Assembly (NCBI GenBank): GCA_038154405.1
Contig: JAYPXF010000004.1
Location: 33,575 to 68,959 of the forward strand
Source: Verrucomicrobiales bacterium
GTDB taxonomy: Bacteria; Verrucomicrobiota; Verrucomicrobiia; Limisphaerales; JAYPXF01
Direction of reading: 5' to 3'
DNA: 35,385 nucleotides
Shown here: positions 34,325-35,385 of the stretch, one piece after another
Numbering within the stretch: the first letter of the stretch is position 1
Layout: each line of letters starts with the position of its first letter
Program-made: the position numbers and the translations under genes
Notes under the pieces: model-generated
The model's database searches: none
Told to the model about the DNA's origin: nothing
Seen by the model: the letters and a program-made list of their open reading frames with translations, nothing else

Positions 34325-35385
34325 TCAACGAACAATGGTGGATATCTTCACCCCGGACACAATCCGTGTGTCTTTCAGGCGGACGCGACTGGCGGATTCC
34401 AGCTTCCAGGAAAACACCCATGCGCCTCCAACCGACTGAAACAGAAGCCGCGCGTCAAATTCATCGGTCCGTTGATGAACGTGTCCCCAGTGGATCTCAC
34501 TCCATGTGACGCTTAACTTCCCGGTGAGCGCATGGAGATTCGCCACGGACTGAAGCGAACTGAATCGGAATGAGACCCGATCGACCACATCGCATGCACG
34601 TTCCATGGCCACCAGAGGCGTGCCCGCAAAACGCCAACCAGCCATGAAAGAATTCCTGCCGGAGACCGGAAACAAGTGCTTCAATCGCTCGGCTGCCAAT
34701 CGCCGGGCGCAGGCCTCAAACGGATTCGATTGTTCAATGGGCCATTCAATGGCGTGCGTCACCTTTTGCGCAGTGAAGAATGCCAGCCTCGGAGAGCGGT
34801 AGTCGTGGTCGAAGATCATCGATTTCAGGAACGGAACAGTCTTGTCGAATGCATTCCAATGCAGCTCAACCGCTTGGTTCGTGGCGAGTCCGCTGAATTC
34901 AGCCGTCAACGCAATCCGAGCCAGCTTGGCATGAATCGTTGAAGGCCGAAACTCCTGCTCAATTTCGATCTGATCCACCGCGACCAAACGTGGTGGATGG
35001 ATTCTCGGGGCAATCCTGCGCCCCGCTGAAACTGCGTGATGATACTTGGGCAACTCCGTGGCAATCGTCTGTTCGATTCGTTTGATCACTTCGGGATCAA
35101 TCACCTCGTTGGTCGGCCACTTTCCGGGCCACAGCAGTTTCAGCTTCTCGTAAGGAATCAGCAACTGATGGGAGATCGAGTTGGGCTGGCGATAAACAAA
35201 CGAATAGACCCCGCCGTAACTCGTGAGTCCCAGGCGCACCATCTTGGCCCGTGCCTTGCGCTCGCGGATCTCCGCCAGACTCCTGGGAGGAGTTCCTGAA
35301 TCCCCCCGATCAATTCGGCTGATGTGAGGAATCCCGGATGGCAGGTTTACGGAGCGCCCCAACCAGGCGCCGCGGTGCTTGACCT
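34325..35385 (-). CDS. Hypothetical protein; 5' end probably outside the window
   Basis: The 345-aa ORF frame stays open from TTG 35362 to the window end. It carries a C-terminal HWGHVHQR motif and is convergent with the NUDIX gene. Confidence 0.6.
   Translation of the reverse strand, partial: VKHRGAWLGRSVNLPSGIPHISRIDRGDSGTPPRSLAEIRERKARAKMVRLGLTSYGGVYSFVYRQPNSISHQLLIPYEKLKLLWPGKWPTNEVIDPEVIKRIEQTIATELPKYHHAVSAGRRIAPRIHPPRLVAVDQIEIEQEFRPSTIHAKLARIALTAEFSGLATNQAVELHWNAFDKTVPFLKSMIFDHDYRSPRLAFFTAQKVTHAIEWPIEQSNPFEACARRLAAERLKHLFPVSGRNSFMAGWRFAGTPLVAMERACDVVDRVSFRFSSLQSVANLHALTGKLSVTWSEIHWGHVHQRTDEFDARLLFQSVGGAWVFSWKLESASRVRLKDTRIVSGVKISTIVR

Overview
GC-rich bacterial chromosomal window of about 32 genes. 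The protein families and motif styles suggest Verrucomicrobiota (Pedosphaera/Limisphaera-like); this is inference only. From left to right: (i) a minus-strand block with a PAS histidine kinase, a sigma-54 NtrC-type regulator, a GT-C-fold membrane glycosyltransferase, an outer-membrane beta-barrel and a Wzc/GumC-type polysaccharide co-polymerase that runs off the window edge; (ii) a plus-strand block with an 18-repeat Sel1 protein, a TN-rich membrane-anchored hypothetical protein, an aldo/keto reductase, and a split Aer-like PAS plus soluble chemoreceptor pair that has a sigma-28-like promoter and an in-frame TAA in the receptor; (iii) a long minus-strand block with an ABC-2 exporter, a priming glycosyltransferase/methyltransferase/VanZ-CBM/GT4 cassette, a DUF885 protein and a TolC-adaptor-ATPase-MacB-type exporter; (iv) DUF2459, panB-moaC-mogA, queE-aminotransferase-rsmA-NUDIX and a partial hypothetical gene. 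Non-coding structure includes an intra-cluster intrinsic terminator, a REP-like inverted doublet, two related heptamer-repeat palindromes and several hairpins. No rRNA, tRNA, CRISPR array, transposase or integrase was seen. The most interesting leads are a possible TN-motif protein glycosylation system, the heptamer palindromes and the decaying bipartite energy-taxis module.
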